Source: Patescibacteria group bacterium (lineage in GTDB: Bacteria; Patescibacteriota; Microgenomatia; Curtissbacterales; GWA2-41-24). Taken from it: a stretch of 64,000 nt of DNA. Under the pieces are notes generated by a model, which worked only from the letters and a program-made list of their open reading frames with translations, searched no databases and was not told the DNA's origin. Positions 7,634 through 16,940 of the stretch are shown here, piece after piece. A program made the position numbers and the translations under genes. The stretch spans positions 13,321 through 77,320 of the forward strand of contig JBBTUN010000002.1 in assembly GCA_038063735.1 (NCBI GenBank), in the 5' to 3' direction. Numbering within the stretch: the first letter of the stretch is position 1; every line of letters starts with the position of its first letter.

Positions 7634-8876
7634 GCAAGATTTTCCAATATTGAATCGGAAAATAAATGGTCCCTCCTATGCTAAAGCTTCGGAGGGCAAG
7701 AAACCTTTGGTTTATCTGGACAGTGCGGCGACGTCTCAGAAGCCAAAGCAAGTTCTTAACGCAATTTCCGACTATTACCAAAAACATAACGCCAATGTGC
7801 ATCGGGGAATCCACACTTTATCTGTGGAGGCAACGGAAATGTACGAAGCGGCACGGAAGAAGGTAGCTGATTTTGTTGGTGTAAAAGATCCGGCGGAGAT
7901 TATTTTTGTGAGAAATGCTACCGAGGCGATCAATCTGGTTGCTTATTCTTGGGGTCGGTTCAACATATCAAAAGGTGATGAAATTGTAGTGACTGTCGCA
8001 GAGCACCACAGCAATTTTGTGCCGTGGCAGCAACTGGCAATCCAGAAGCAGGCAAAATTTAAAGTAGTTCCCATCAATAAAGAAACCGGTGAGATTGATC
8101 TTAAGGCGCTTGGTAAATTACTGACAAAGAAAACGAAAATAGTCGCTTTTGCCCATGTTTCTAATGTTTTAGGGACGATTAACGATGTTTTGCATTTGTC
8201 GTTAGTCGTTCGTCGTTTGGCGCCACAAGCAATAGTACTTGTGGATGGTGCCCAAGCTGTTCCGCATATGCCTGTTGATATTTCTGAAATCGGTTGCGAT
8301 TTTTATGTTTTTACCGGACACAAAATGCTGGGGCCAACCGGAATTGGGGTTTTGTGGGGAAGGCGGGAGCTTTTGGAGACGATGACACCATTTTTATTTG
8401 GGGGAGAAATGATTTCCAAAGTTTCTCTAGAAAAATCCACTTGGAACGAATTGCCGTGGAAGTTTGAAGCGGGAACCCCGGATATTGCGGGGGCGATTGG
8501 ATTAGGAGCGGCGGTTGATTATCTTGATAAAATTGGCATGGATAAGGTTCGGGAGCACGATGTAGAACTAACAAAATATGCGATTGAAAAGTTATCAAAA
8601 ATTGATGGTGTGATTATATATGGACCGAAAGATGTCAAAAAGCGCAGCGGAGTGGTTGCATTTAATGTTGGGTCAATACACGCCCATGATGTGGCATCGA
8701 TTTTGGATAGTGAGGGGATTGCTGTCCGGTCCGGTCACCACTGCGCCCAACCACTCATGGATTTTTTGGGAGTTTCGTCTGTTGCGAGAGCCAGTTTTTA
8801 TCTATATAACTCCATTGAAGAAGTGGATAGGTTAGTGGAGGGTGTTTTGAAAGTTAAGGAGGTTTTTAAAATATAA
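7623..8876 (+). CDS. sufS: cysteine desulfurase SufS (class V aminotransferase)
   Basis: Motifs ...VYLDSAATSQKP, the PLP-lysine region FYVFTGHKMLGPTGIGVLWG and the active-site region RSGHHCAQPLM are typical of group II SufS. N-terminal GPSYAKASEGKK is an inserted repeat-encoded segment. Confidence 0.9.
   Translation: MNRRQDFPILNRKINGPSYAKASEGKKPLVYLDSAATSQKPKQVLNAISDYYQKHNANVHRGIHTLSVEATEMYEAARKKVADFVGVKDPAEIIFVRNATEAINLVAYSWGRFNISKGDEIVVTVAEHHSNFVPWQQLAIQKQAKFKVVPINKETGEIDLKALGKLLTKKTKIVAFAHVSNVLGTINDVLHLSLVVRRLAPQAIVLVDGAQAVPHMPVDISEIGCDFYVFTGHKMLGPTGIGVLWGRRELLETMTPFLFGGEMISKVSLEKSTWNELPWKFEAGTPDIAGAIGLGAAVDYLDKIGMDKVREHDVELTKYAIEKLSKIDGVIIYGPKDVKKRSGVVAFNVGSIHAHDVASILDSEGIAVRSGHHCAQPLMDFLGVSSVARASFYLYNSIEEVDRLVEGVLKVKEVFKI
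7667..7702 (+). repeat. family-B in-frame element (encodes GPSYAKASEGKK) in sufS
   Basis: ggtccctcctatgctaaagcttcggagggcaagaaa; CCCTCC...GGAGGG arms. Confidence 0.55.
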
Positions 8877-9311
8877 GTGGATCTTTACCGCGAGGAAATT
8901 TTGGAACATTGGCAAAACCCGTTAAATTTTGGGGAAATGAAAAATGCCGATTTAGTGATTGAACAGGTTAACCCGCTTTGCGGAGACGAAGTGACGTTTT
9001 ACTTTAGGTTTTCGATCAGTCATCCTGAACTCGATTCAGGATCTAAAAAGATTCCGAAACAAGTTCGGAATGACGAGTGGCAAATAGCGAATGGTCAGTG
9101 GCGAATAAGTGAAGTATCGTTTACCGGTTCTGGCTGTGCTATATCTATCGCTTCGGCTTCGATTTTGTCGGAAAATATCAAGAATAAGAAAATCTCTACG
9201 TTATCCAAAATAACGGGTGAGGATGTTTTGAAATTGATTGGCGGACCAGTGGCACCGGCAAGACTTAAGTGTGCTTTTTTGTCGCTTGAGGTGATTCGCA
9301 AAATTCGATAA
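8877..9311 (+). CDS. sufU: SufU/IscU-like Fe-S scaffold protein (GTG start)
   Basis: NP.N.G.......V...NPLCGDEV and GSGCAIS..SAS with a C-terminal ...KCA.L motif are characteristic of SufU; contains the in-frame family-C element. Confidence 0.75.
   Translation: MDLYREEILEHWQNPLNFGEMKNADLVIEQVNPLCGDEVTFYFRFSISHPELDSGSKKIPKQVRNDEWQIANGQWRISEVSFTGSGCAISIASASILSENIKNKKISTLSKITGEDVLKLIGGPVAPARLKCAFLSLEVIRKIR
9021..9075 (+). repeat. family-C double-hairpin element in-frame in sufU
   Basis: cATCCTGAActcgaTTCAGGATctaaaaagaTTCCGAAacaagTTCGGAAtgac: two perfect 8-bp/7-bp hairpins. Confidence 0.65.
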
Positions 9312-9323
9312 AATACACAGATG

Positions 9324-9403
9324 GCTGATAAGAAATAAGATATCAGCAGGTCGCCTTGGCACCTTTCAGTCATGCCAAAGGCGCTTCTCTGATATTTTTA
9401 TTT
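9324..9403 (+). terminator. rho-independent terminator after sufU (two hairpins then T-rich run)
   Basis: Palindrome GCTGATAagaaataagaTATCAGC, then GGTCGCCTTGGCA...TGCCAAAGGCGC, followed by ttctctgatatttttattt. Confidence 0.5.
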
Positions 9404-9407
9404 AATT

Positions 9408-9638
9408 ATGAGTAAGATTGGTAAATATAAAATAAAAATAGACCGCAATCTCTGTATCGGGGCAGCTTCCTGTGTTGCCTTGGCGATGAAGACGTTTGAG
9501 CTGGATGAAGAGAATAAGGCAATAGTTATAGATGAAGGCGGAGATGAGGCAGAAACGATAAAGTTGGCTGCCGAATCTTGCCCGACAAAGGCAATAATTT
9601 TGGAAAATGCTGAGACCGGTGAGCAGGAATACCCCTAA
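9408..9638 (+). CDS. small single-cluster ferredoxin
   Basis: 76 aa; CIGAASC...AAESCPTKAI resembles Fe-S ferredoxins of the C-x-G...SCP class. Confidence 0.55.
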   Translation: MSKIGKYKIKIDRNLCIGAASCVALAMKTFELDEENKAIVIDEGGDEAETIKLAAESCPTKAIILENAETGEQEYP

Positions 9639-9694
9639 CTCTGCAGATGCAGAGTAATTTCAAATCTCAAATTTCAAATGTCTAATGTTAGAAT

Positions 9695-10498
9695 ATGGGC
9701 ATGGCGGAGGAAAAGGCTTCCAGGGAAAAAATAGACGGATATTTAAAGGATGTTCTGGCGCGCAAAGAAAAATACTTGTCCGAAAATGCCCAGTACAGGA
9801 AACATGAAAGCATGTATCACCGGCATACTGCCGGCAAATATATCGGTGATTTTATTTATGGTGCTAACGACGGGATTATTACAACATTTGCGGTAATTGC
9901 CGGATCGTTTGGTGCTTCGCTTACCCCGATCGTAATTATTATTTTGGGGTTTGCAAACCTTCTTGCAGACGGCCTATCAATGGGCGCAAGCAATTTTTTG
10001 GGAAGAAAATCGGAACAGGATTATGCGCGGGCACAGAGGCAGAAAGAGGAATGGGAAATTGACCATTTAAGGGAAATTGAGATTGAGGAGATTAGGGAAA
10101 TTTATGAACGCAAGGGTTTTAGCGGGAAAGACTTGAAAAGAGCGGTTGAAATTATCACCTCCGACCGTAAGATCTGGCTGGATACGATGATGAGAGATGA
10201 ACTGAACATAATTGAGGAAACGGACAATGATCCGGTAAGACACGGGATTGCCACGTTTGCTTCGTTTGTAGTGGCCGGTTTGTTTCCCTTGCTTCCTTAT
10301 TTGGTACCGAATATGCCCAGCCCGTTTTTGTTATCAATATTAGTTGGAGGTATCACATTGTTTTTCTTGGGAAGCCTTAGGTCTTTGGTTACAACTGTTT
10401 CCTGGTTGAAGGGTGGCTTAGAAGTTTTGGCAATTGGTTCGGTTGCCGCAATTGCAGCTTATATGGTTGGGAAAATAGTTGAGGGATTTATAAGATGA
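9695..10498 (+). CDS. VIT1/CCC1-family iron/manganese transporter
   Basis: GANDGIITTFAVIAG motif, acidic/helical central region and a second hydrophobic half are typical of VIT-family proteins. Confidence 0.65.
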   Translation: MGMAEEKASREKIDGYLKDVLARKEKYLSENAQYRKHESMYHRHTAGKYIGDFIYGANDGIITTFAVIAGSFGASLTPIVIIILGFANLLADGLSMGASNFLGRKSEQDYARAQRQKEEWEIDHLREIEIEEIREIYERKGFSGKDLKRAVEIITSDRKIWLDTMMRDELNIIEETDNDPVRHGIATFASFVVAGLFPLLPYLVPNMPSPFLLSILVGGITLFFLGSLRSLVTTVSWLKGGLEVLAIGSVAAIAAYMVGKIVEGFIR

Positions 10499-11760
10499 AA
10501 AAGACGGATTATTTGATTGTAGGCGGTTCGGCGGCGGGGACGACTGCTGCAGATACCATTCGAAATTTAAATTCGGATGCCACAATTGCGATTGTGACTG
10601 AAGAGGACTATCCGCAATATTCGCTTGTTTTAATTCCACATTATATCCGCGGCAAAATAAGCCGTGAACAGGTTTTTTTGAAAAAGCCCCAGTGGTATAA
10701 CGAACGGAAAATAGAGCTTATAAAAGGGGTTAGGGCGGAGGGTTTAGGGTCTAGTGAGAAGACTGTTAAGTTATCAAATAGTGAAACTATCCAATTTGGA
10801 AAGCTGCTTTTGACGGTTGGCGGGAAAGTAATTCCATTTAATGTTCCCGGGGCGGATGTCAAAAATCTTCTTTATATGAGAACCATTGATGATGCGGACA
10901 AAATTATTGATATAGCCAAAAAAAGTAAAAAAGCTTTGATTATTGGCGGAGGGTTTATTGGGCTGGAGTTTGCGTCGTGTTTTGCCAAAAATGGGGTTGT
11001 TGATATCACGGCATTAGTTCTTGAGGATTTTTACTGGCAGGGGAAGTTGGATAGTCAGTCCAGTCAAGTTGTTGCCGGAGTATTAACCAACAACGGAATT
11101 AAAATAGAGACCAAAGTTTCCGTGGATCATTTTGAAACTAAAGAAGGTATGATAACGGCAGCAATTGCCAAGGACGGTCGAAGGTTTGAGGCCGATGCTG
11201 TTGGGGTTGGTGTCGGCATCCGCAGCGATTTAAGTTTTCTTGAGGGATCCGGGCTTAAGATTGATAGAGGTATAGTCACAAACGAGTATCTGGAGACAAA
11301 TTTACCCGATGTTTACGCTGCCGGGGATTGTGCCCAGTTTTGGGACAGTGTTTTTAAAAGGGAGCATATTTTGGGTAATTGGGCAAACGCAACAAGTCAG
11401 GGTTTGGCTGTTGGAAAAACCATGACTGGCCTGCGAACGAAATTTGAGACAGCTTCTTCTTATACAACTAATTTTTTTGACGGATCTTGTTCATTTTTGG
11501 GTGTGACAGACGAAAAGTTTGCGGAAAATATAATTATTCGTGGATCTGCAGATGAAGGGAAAATCAGTAGGATATTTGTTAAAAAGTATCCTTCGCTAAG
11601 CTCAGGACAAGTGGCTCGAATTATTGGTGCAACGGTCGTAAATAATGTGGGGGAAGTTGCCCCACTTACTATGGCGATTAAGAACAAAGTCGATGTGACT
11701 AATCACGTATCCGATTTAGACAAAGTGGATTTTGATTTGAAGTCGCTTATTGCTTTGTAA
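10495..11760 (+). CDS. FAD-dependent pyridine nucleotide-disulfide oxidoreductase (NADH oxidase / rubredoxin reductase-like)
   Basis: N-terminal YLIVGGSAAGTTAA (FAD GxGxxG), second Rossmann motif LIIGGGFIGLEFA, and ...AAGDCA. Confidence 0.7.
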   Translation: MKKTDYLIVGGSAAGTTAADTIRNLNSDATIAIVTEEDYPQYSLVLIPHYIRGKISREQVFLKKPQWYNERKIELIKGVRAEGLGSSEKTVKLSNSETIQFGKLLLTVGGKVIPFNVPGADVKNLLYMRTIDDADKIIDIAKKSKKALIIGGGFIGLEFASCFAKNGVVDITALVLEDFYWQGKLDSQSSQVVAGVLTNNGIKIETKVSVDHFETKEGMITAAIAKDGRRFEADAVGVGVGIRSDLSFLEGSGLKIDRGIVTNEYLETNLPDVYAAGDCAQFWDSVFKREHILGNWANATSQGLAVGKTMTGLRTKFETASSYTTNFFDGSCSFLGVTDEKFAENIIIRGSADEGKISRIFVKKYPSLSSGQVARIIGATVVNNVGEVAPLTMAIKNKVDVTNHVSDLDKVDFDLKSLIAL

Positions 11761-11827
11761 ATTTGCGATTACACCCAGAAAACTAGTAAGCTTAATGTAG
11801 AGGTGCCAGGTGCATCTTTTTTCGTAG

Positions 11828-12274
11828 ATGAAGATTTATATTGCTGCAGATCATGCGGGTTTTTATTTAAAAAAAACACTAATCCAGTATTTGGGTATTA
11901 AAGGTTACGAGGTGGAGGATTGTGGGGCGTATGAGATGGATGAAAAGGACGATTACCCGGATTTTATAGTACCCTGTGCAAAAAAAGTTGCAAGCGATAA
12001 AGATTCACTAGGCATTGTGATTGGGGGTAGTGGGAATGGTGAGGCAATTGCGGCAAATAAGGTTAAGGGAATACGGGCTGCAGTTTATAACAGTGGAAGG
12101 GCAGAAATAGCAAAGTTAGCTCGCGAACATAATAATGCCAATATACTTTCGCTTGGTGCACGATTTATCACGCCAGATGAGGCAAAACGTGCAGTTACTG
12201 CATGGTTGGAGGCGGAATTTGAGGGTGGCAGGCATGAGGCAAGGCTAAAAAAAATGGAGGAAATAGATAAGTGA
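11828..12274 (+). CDS. rpiB: ribose-5-phosphate isomerase B
   Basis: MKIYIAADHAGFYLK...DCG...GIVIGGSGNGEAIAANK matches RpiB/LacAB. Confidence 0.85.
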   Translation: MKIYIAADHAGFYLKKTLIQYLGIKGYEVEDCGAYEMDEKDDYPDFIVPCAKKVASDKDSLGIVIGGSGNGEAIAANKVKGIRAAVYNSGRAEIAKLAREHNNANILSLGARFITPDEAKRAVTAWLEAEFEGGRHEARLKKMEEIDK

Positions 12275-12633
12275 AGCACACGAGATTGTACCTTTATTTA
12301 AATTTTATTTTTATTTTTATTTTTCTGAATGTTTGGGACTTTGCTATAAACCGTATTTTTTTCAACGGTATGCTACTTGGGCTTATTATGTTTGCCCCGA
12401 TTGGTCTGTTGTGGTTTATAGGCAAGTTTAATGCTGTGGTTTTAATCACGTTGATTTCTATTTTCGAGTTTGTTGTAATGTCTATTTTTGTCTGGGAAGG
12501 TTTTGAACTGTCGGGTGCCAGTTCTTCTGTAAAATCCGTTTTTTGGATTCCGTATTTGTTGGCTGCAGGCATAAATGGTTTTTGGGGTTTGAATATTTAT
12601 TCGAAGGCTAAGAAAAACACACAACCAGTTTAA
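12271..12633 (+). CDS. hypothetical membrane protein (GTG start)
   Basis: 120 aa, three or four hydrophobic helices; contains a (ttttatt)3 tract near the 5' end. Confidence 0.35.
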   Translation: MKHTRLYLYLNFIFIFIFLNVWDFAINRIFFNGMLLGLIMFAPIGLLWFIGKFNAVVLITLISIFEFVVMSIFVWEGFELSGASSSVKSVFWIPYLLAAGINGFWGLNIYSKAKKNTQPV

Positions 12634-12698
12634 CTTACGCCTCCTGCTTCTTTCTAATTTTGGAACATGTAATAATCTAGTAAGAGAAGGAGATCATT

Positions 12699-13580
12699 AT
12701 GACTGCCCGTGATTGGTTTACTAAAGCGAGAAAAGAAGGGTTTGCTATTGGCGCGTTTAATGTAGATTCGCTGGAGATTTTTAAAGCGATTGTGATGGCA
12801 GCCCAGCGCACGAAGTCACCGGTGATTGTGCAGTTTTCTCCGGGTGAAGTGGGATATTTTGGCATCAGGAATATTATTGATTTTACAGTCAACGCCAGGG
12901 AAGAGTTAGGAATAGCTCTCCTATTAAATCTTGACCATGGAAAGCCGGAGGAGGCAGTTTCCAAGGCGATTGATGTTTCTGAATCTATCGAAAATGGTTT
13001 CACCAATGTCCATTTTGATGGATCAGACCTTGAGTTTGAGGACAATATTAGTCAGACACAAAAAATTGTTGAATCGGCACATAAAAAGGGGATATTGGTG
13101 GAGGGGGAGATTAATAAAGTGAGTGGTTCGAGTGAAATCCACAACGAAGACATTGATTTGGAACTTCTTAAAAAAAGTTACACGGATCCCCAAAAAGCTA
13201 AGCAGTTTGTTATGGGGACAAGGGTTGATATTTTGGCTCCTATTTTCGGCAATATTCATGGTACGTTTCCTGTCCAACCGGATTTGGATATTGATCTGAT
13301 TGCCAAAATAAAAGAGGCATTAGGGGAAACATTTTTGTCACTTCATGGAGGATCCGGGATTCCTGCTGTGCAAGTTAAGGAAGCCATAAGGGTTGGTGGG
13401 ATTGTAAAAGTAAATGTTAACACGGAACTTAGGGTGACTTATAAACAGGCACTCGAAGAAAAGCTGGGTGAGCAACCCGATGAATACAAGATTTATGACC
13501 TGATGCCGGAAGTTATAGCTGCTGTGGCTGCTGTAGTCGAAGACAAAATAGATGTTTTTGGGTCTGGTGATAAAGTCTAG
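12699..13580 (+). CDS. fba: class II fructose-bisphosphate aldolase
   Basis: FAIGAFNV...PVIVQFSPGE...LNLDHG...LHGGSGIP are class II FBA/tagatose-bisphosphate aldolase motifs. Confidence 0.85.
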   Translation: MTARDWFTKARKEGFAIGAFNVDSLEIFKAIVMAAQRTKSPVIVQFSPGEVGYFGIRNIIDFTVNAREELGIALLLNLDHGKPEEAVSKAIDVSESIENGFTNVHFDGSDLEFEDNISQTQKIVESAHKKGILVEGEINKVSGSSEIHNEDIDLELLKKSYTDPQKAKQFVMGTRVDILAPIFGNIHGTFPVQPDLDIDLIAKIKEALGETFLSLHGGSGIPAVQVKEAIRVGGIVKVNVNTELRVTYKQALEEKLGEQPDEYKIYDLMPEVIAAVAAVVEDKIDVFGSGDKV

Positions 13581-13650
13581 TTCTTGATATTATTATTCTT
13601 CACTAGTTTTTGGGTTTTCAATGAATTTTTTGCAAAGGAGGGTGATAATA

Positions 13651-14073
13651 TTGAAATTTAATAAATTGAAAGTTATTGGGTTAGTTGGGGTTTTGGCGAT
13701 AATGCTTTCTGCTTGCAGTACGAATCAAAAGCAAAATGAAACAAGCGGACAGAATCCGGATCAAAATCAACTAACTGAGGTAAGCAATGCGACAGATGAG
13801 GCTAATTCTGTAGTAATTATCTATTCAGAAAGTGGATTTGCACCTGCTTCGGTAACAGTAAAGGCAGGACAGAGCGTGGTTTTCCGAAATACCAGCTCTC
13901 GTGCAGTTCAGGTAAATTCTGCTCCTCATCCTGCTCATACACTGTATCCTGAACTAAATATCGGTGTAATAAACGTGGGGGAAACAAAATCTTTGACCTT
14001 TACAAATACTGGAACAAAGAAATATCACAATCATTTGAACTCGTCGCAGAAAGGAACAATAGTTGTTGAGTAA
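13651..14073 (+). CDS. cupredoxin-like lipoprotein
   Basis: TTG start 8 nt after AAGGAGG gives MKFNKLKVIGLVGVLAIMLSAC, a lipoprotein signal. C-terminal H...H.H pattern with beta-rich sequence is cupredoxin-like. Confidence 0.4.
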   Translation: MKFNKLKVIGLVGVLAIMLSACSTNQKQNETSGQNPDQNQLTEVSNATDEANSVVIIYSESGFAPASVTVKAGQSVVFRNTSSRAVQVNSAPHPAHTLYPELNIGVINVGETKSLTFTNTGTKKYHNHLNSSQKGTIVVE

Positions 14074-14638
14074 AGTGCGCGAAATGTTGGCAAGAGTACC
14101 AATTTTAGTTTGGTTTTTATTGCCCACGCTTATTATTGTTGGAGTAGGTGTGTTTTTTGTCTCAAAATCTACGATCGGCAAGGAGGAAGACTCGTCCAAA
14201 CCTGCTCCGGTTTCCAAAGATGTTCCGGGTACGCAAGAATTCACTATTGTTAGTCGAGAGCATATTGCCTCGGGAACAAGTGGCAGTGGCTATAATTCTG
14301 ATCCGCCAACTTCCGGTCCACATTGGAATGGTCCTGCCAGTAAGGGAGTTTATGATAAAGAATTTCCGGACGAGCAGTTAATTCACAACCTGGAGCACGG
14401 TTATATTTTGATTAGCTACAAGCCGGATGTGGGGGACGATGTTATTAATAAACTTAAGGCGATAGTTCTTAAAAACGATTGGAAAATTGTGATGGAACCT
14501 AGGGAGAAAGATGACGCCAAAATTGTTCTGGCTGCCTGGGGGCGGCTGCTGAAAATGAATGATCTTGACGAAAATACGGTTCGCGATTTTATAAATACTT
14601 ACAGAAACAGGGGCCCTGAAAAGACTACGGAGAATTAA
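14063..14638 (+). CDS. DUF3105-domain membrane-anchored protein
   Basis: N-terminal TM segment; SGPHW and HNLEHGYILISY motifs are typical of DUF3105. Confidence 0.5.
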   Translation: MLSKVREMLARVPILVWFLLPTLIIVGVGVFFVSKSTIGKEEDSSKPAPVSKDVPGTQEFTIVSREHIASGTSGSGYNSDPPTSGPHWNGPASKGVYDKEFPDEQLIHNLEHGYILISYKPDVGDDVINKLKAIVLKNDWKIVMEPREKDDAKIVLAAWGRLLKMNDLDENTVRDFINTYRNRGPEKTTEN

Positions 14639-15281
14639 AGATTGTTAGGATGCTTGCTACTTTTTTTCTTAACTCAATTTGATGTTCCATATTTAATAAC
14701 TCACCCTTTCTTTCTTCGTCTGCCCAATCAAGTCTTACACCTTTGCTTTTTCCAGATTCGTATGCCTCTTGATATAAAAGATGATTGTGCCAATGGCTAA
14801 CTGTCTCTGCGGCTTCGTCAAGCACACGCTTTTTACCCATCATCCAGTCAAGATCTGACTTTTTAAAGTTCGCGTCGGATGCTGTATATACGTCGTGTAC
14901 CGCCCCAATTAAGTTGCCTGCGTAAATGTGCCTATTAATTTTGTAAGGACCTTCTTCTTCAAAAGCAAATTCGAATGCTTGGGCTGCAACTTTAAGTAGA
15001 TTTGGCCTGTCAGGGTGGTTAGGGGGCATGTCAGTTATCCTTTGTCCCAAATCATTACTCAGGAGACAGTAGTCGTTGAGACCTTTTGATTGGTGTTGCT
15101 CGTAAGCGGAGGCGTAGAGAGCCGTTATTTCTTGGGCGGAATCGTTGGACAGTTCAACATTTCTAGTGATTTCTTCAGAGTATTTTTCAAAGCTAATGCG
15201 ATGTGGTTCTTCGTCGCCAATTGCTCGGGTTAAATCTGGTAATGGTTGCACGGCTTGTGCTGTTTCCGGGGAATCGGGCAT
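14625..15281 (-). CDS. hypothetical protein
   Basis: 218-aa ORF converging on the upstream gene; no recognised motif. Confidence 0.4.
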   Translation of the reverse strand: MPDSPETAQAVQPLPDLTRAIGDEEPHRISFEKYSEEITRNVELSNDSAQEITALYASAYEQHQSKGLNDYCLLSNDLGQRITDMPPNHPDRPNLLKVAAQAFEFAFEEEGPYKINRHIYAGNLIGAVHDVYTASDANFKKSDLDWMMGKKRVLDEAAETVSHWHNHLLYQEAYESGKSKGVRLDWADEERKGELLNMEHQIELRKKVASILTIFNSP

Positions 15282-15325
15282 TGGTTAATTATGACCACAG
15301 GCGGCAGGTAGTAGTCAAATAAGAT

Positions 15326-15982
15326 TTATACGAGAGGTTTTTGGCCACTCTTTTTAAAGTCGTCCAAGAACTTTTTAAGTCCTATGTCGGTTAATGGGTG
15401 CTTAACAAGTTTTTCTAGAATATCAAACGGGCAAGTTGCAATGTCACAACTAAGCAGAGCGGCTTCTTTAACATGCTCCGGGGATCTGACGGAGGCAAAC
15501 AGGATTTGTGTTTCAAAATCATAGTTGTCGTAAATTTGTACTATTTCGTTTACAACATCAATTCCGGTTTGCCCGATATCGTCAAGCCTTCCAACAAAAG
15601 GCGAGACGATGTAAGCCCCTAATTTGGCAACGAGAAGAGCCTGGTTTGCGCTAAAAACGAGAGTCATGTTTACGCGGATTCCCTCGGCGGTTAATATTTG
15701 CAAGCCCTTGAGACCGTCCAGGGTTGTTGGTAGTTTAACCACAACATTGTGGTGGAGCGTTGCCAGCTCTCTGCCTTCTTTAACCATGCCGACCGTGTCC
15801 GTTGCAAGAACTTCCAGGGAAATGTCACCATCTACAATATCCAGTATTTCGTTAATCGCTTTTTTGTATTCTATGCCAGCCTTTGTTGCCAGAGTTGGAT
15901 TAGTTGTTACACCGTCTATAATTCCGGCGTCCCACATTTCTTTGACTTCTTTGGGGTTTGCGCTGTCGATAAAAAGCTTCAT
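15326..15982 (-). CDS. tal: transaldolase (fructose-6-phosphate aldolase family)
   Basis: MKLFIDSANPKEVKE....GIIDGVTTNPTL matches short-type transaldolase. Confidence 0.85.
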   Translation of the reverse strand: MKLFIDSANPKEVKEMWDAGIIDGVTTNPTLATKAGIEYKKAINEILDIVDGDISLEVLATDTVGMVKEGRELATLHHNVVVKLPTTLDGLKGLQILTAEGIRVNMTLVFSANQALLVAKLGAYIVSPFVGRLDDIGQTGIDVVNEIVQIYDNYDFETQILFASVRSPEHVKEAALLSCDIATCPFDILEKLVKHPLTDIGLKKFLDDFKKSGQKPLV

Positions 15983-15989
15983 ACAGACA

Positions 15990-16195
15990 TTGTAACAAGT
16001 CGGTAAAGGGATCGGTGAGTCGGTAGGTCGGTAATGTCTTTAGAGTCGGTGAGTCGGTAGGATGAGGGGGTCATACTGAATTTACTGACAATACTGGTTT
16101 TACTGATTTTACCGACGTTACTGATAATACTGATTTTACTGAAATATACTGATTTTTACCGATTTATCCTGATAGGATTCCTGATATAATTTTTG
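15990..16195. repeat. intergenic imperfect palindrome built from TCGGTA(G) and TACTGA(T)/TACCGA repeat units
   Basis: Left half carries tcggtgagtcggtagg twice plus tcggtaa; right half carries tactgac, tactggtttt, tactgatttt, taccgacg, tactgataa, tactgatttt and taccgattt, which are reverse-complement-like to the left half. Lies between divergent tal and the MIP gene. Confidence 0.6.
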
Positions 16196-16197
16196 TA

Positions 16198-16902
16198 GTG
16201 AAGTTGTCTTTTAATTTTTTACATGAATGGGTAGAGCCCTGGAGAGCATATGTGTCGGAATTTTTGGGTACGTTTTTGTTTGTCTTTTTGGCAAGTGTCT
16301 TAGTTGTTGTTTCTAAAATTTATGATCTGGACGCAATTTCTATGCCGGTTGGAATTGCATCTATTTATACCGCCCTTATTTTTGCAACTTTGCATTTGTC
16401 CGGGGGATTTTTAAATCCGGCAATTACGGTTTCTTTGTGGATTGCAAAAAAACTGACTACGTCCAAGGCGATATTTTTTATTATTTCTCAGCTTGCCGCC
16501 GGAATTGCTGCAACGTTTTTAGTGGTAACTGTTTTTGGCGGTGGTGTTTACGATTTTGCACAGGGAGCACCTGTACTTGGACTGGGTATATCGGGTGATG
16601 TTGCAATGCTTTTTGAGGCTATATTTACTGCAGGCCTTGTTTTTGTTGTATTTGCAACAATTATCGATAAGAGAGGCTTTGCTTCCTTGGGGCCACTGGC
16701 GATAGGATTTTTCTTAATTGGTGCAGAACTTATTGCAAGCCCCTTAACGGGCGGAATTTTTAACCCGGCGAGGGTAATTGGTGCGACTGTTCTTGGTCGC
16801 GACTTTGAACTTATTTCGCCCTTTATTGTAGGCCCTTTTGTGGGTTCTTTATTTGGGCTGTTTTACGAGTATGTTTTTTTGACGTCTTACAAGAAGAAAT
16901 AA
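16198..16902 (+). CDS. MIP-family channel (aquaporin/glycerol facilitator-like)
   Basis: Two NPA boxes, GGFLNPAITV and GGIFNPARV; six hydrophobic segments. Start is uncertain: GTG lies 8 nt after a TATAAT, so possibly leaderless. Confidence 0.65.
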   Translation: MKLSFNFLHEWVEPWRAYVSEFLGTFLFVFLASVLVVVSKIYDLDAISMPVGIASIYTALIFATLHLSGGFLNPAITVSLWIAKKLTTSKAIFFIISQLAAGIAATFLVVTVFGGGVYDFAQGAPVLGLGISGDVAMLFEAIFTAGLVFVVFATIIDKRGFASLGPLAIGFFLIGAELIASPLTGGIFNPARVIGATVLGRDFELISPFIVGPFVGSLFGLFYEYVFLTSYKKK

Positions 16903-16940
16903 AAAACAATACCCTTATTTCTGCTACAATTACAACATAA

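Noticed and set aside
9640-9690. Terminator after the small ferredoxin (CTCTGCAgatgCAGAG hairpin)
   Set aside because: The hairpin is present but is followed by tttcaaatctcaaatttcaaat rather than a clear T-run; too weak to call.
12677-13045. Minus-strand ORFs antisense to conserved genes (for example 12677-13045 in fba, 37839-38528 in ftsH, 1027-1470, 23785-24291 in atpD, 41161-41724)
   Set aside because: They lie opposite well-supported conserved coding sequences with good RBS and domain motifs; these are shadow ORFs.
16012-16064. Possible CRISPR-like repeats (two 16-nt copies about 37 nt apart)
   Set aside because: Only two short copies, no regular repeat-spacer periodicity, no cas genes; part of the palindromic intergenic repeat region instead.
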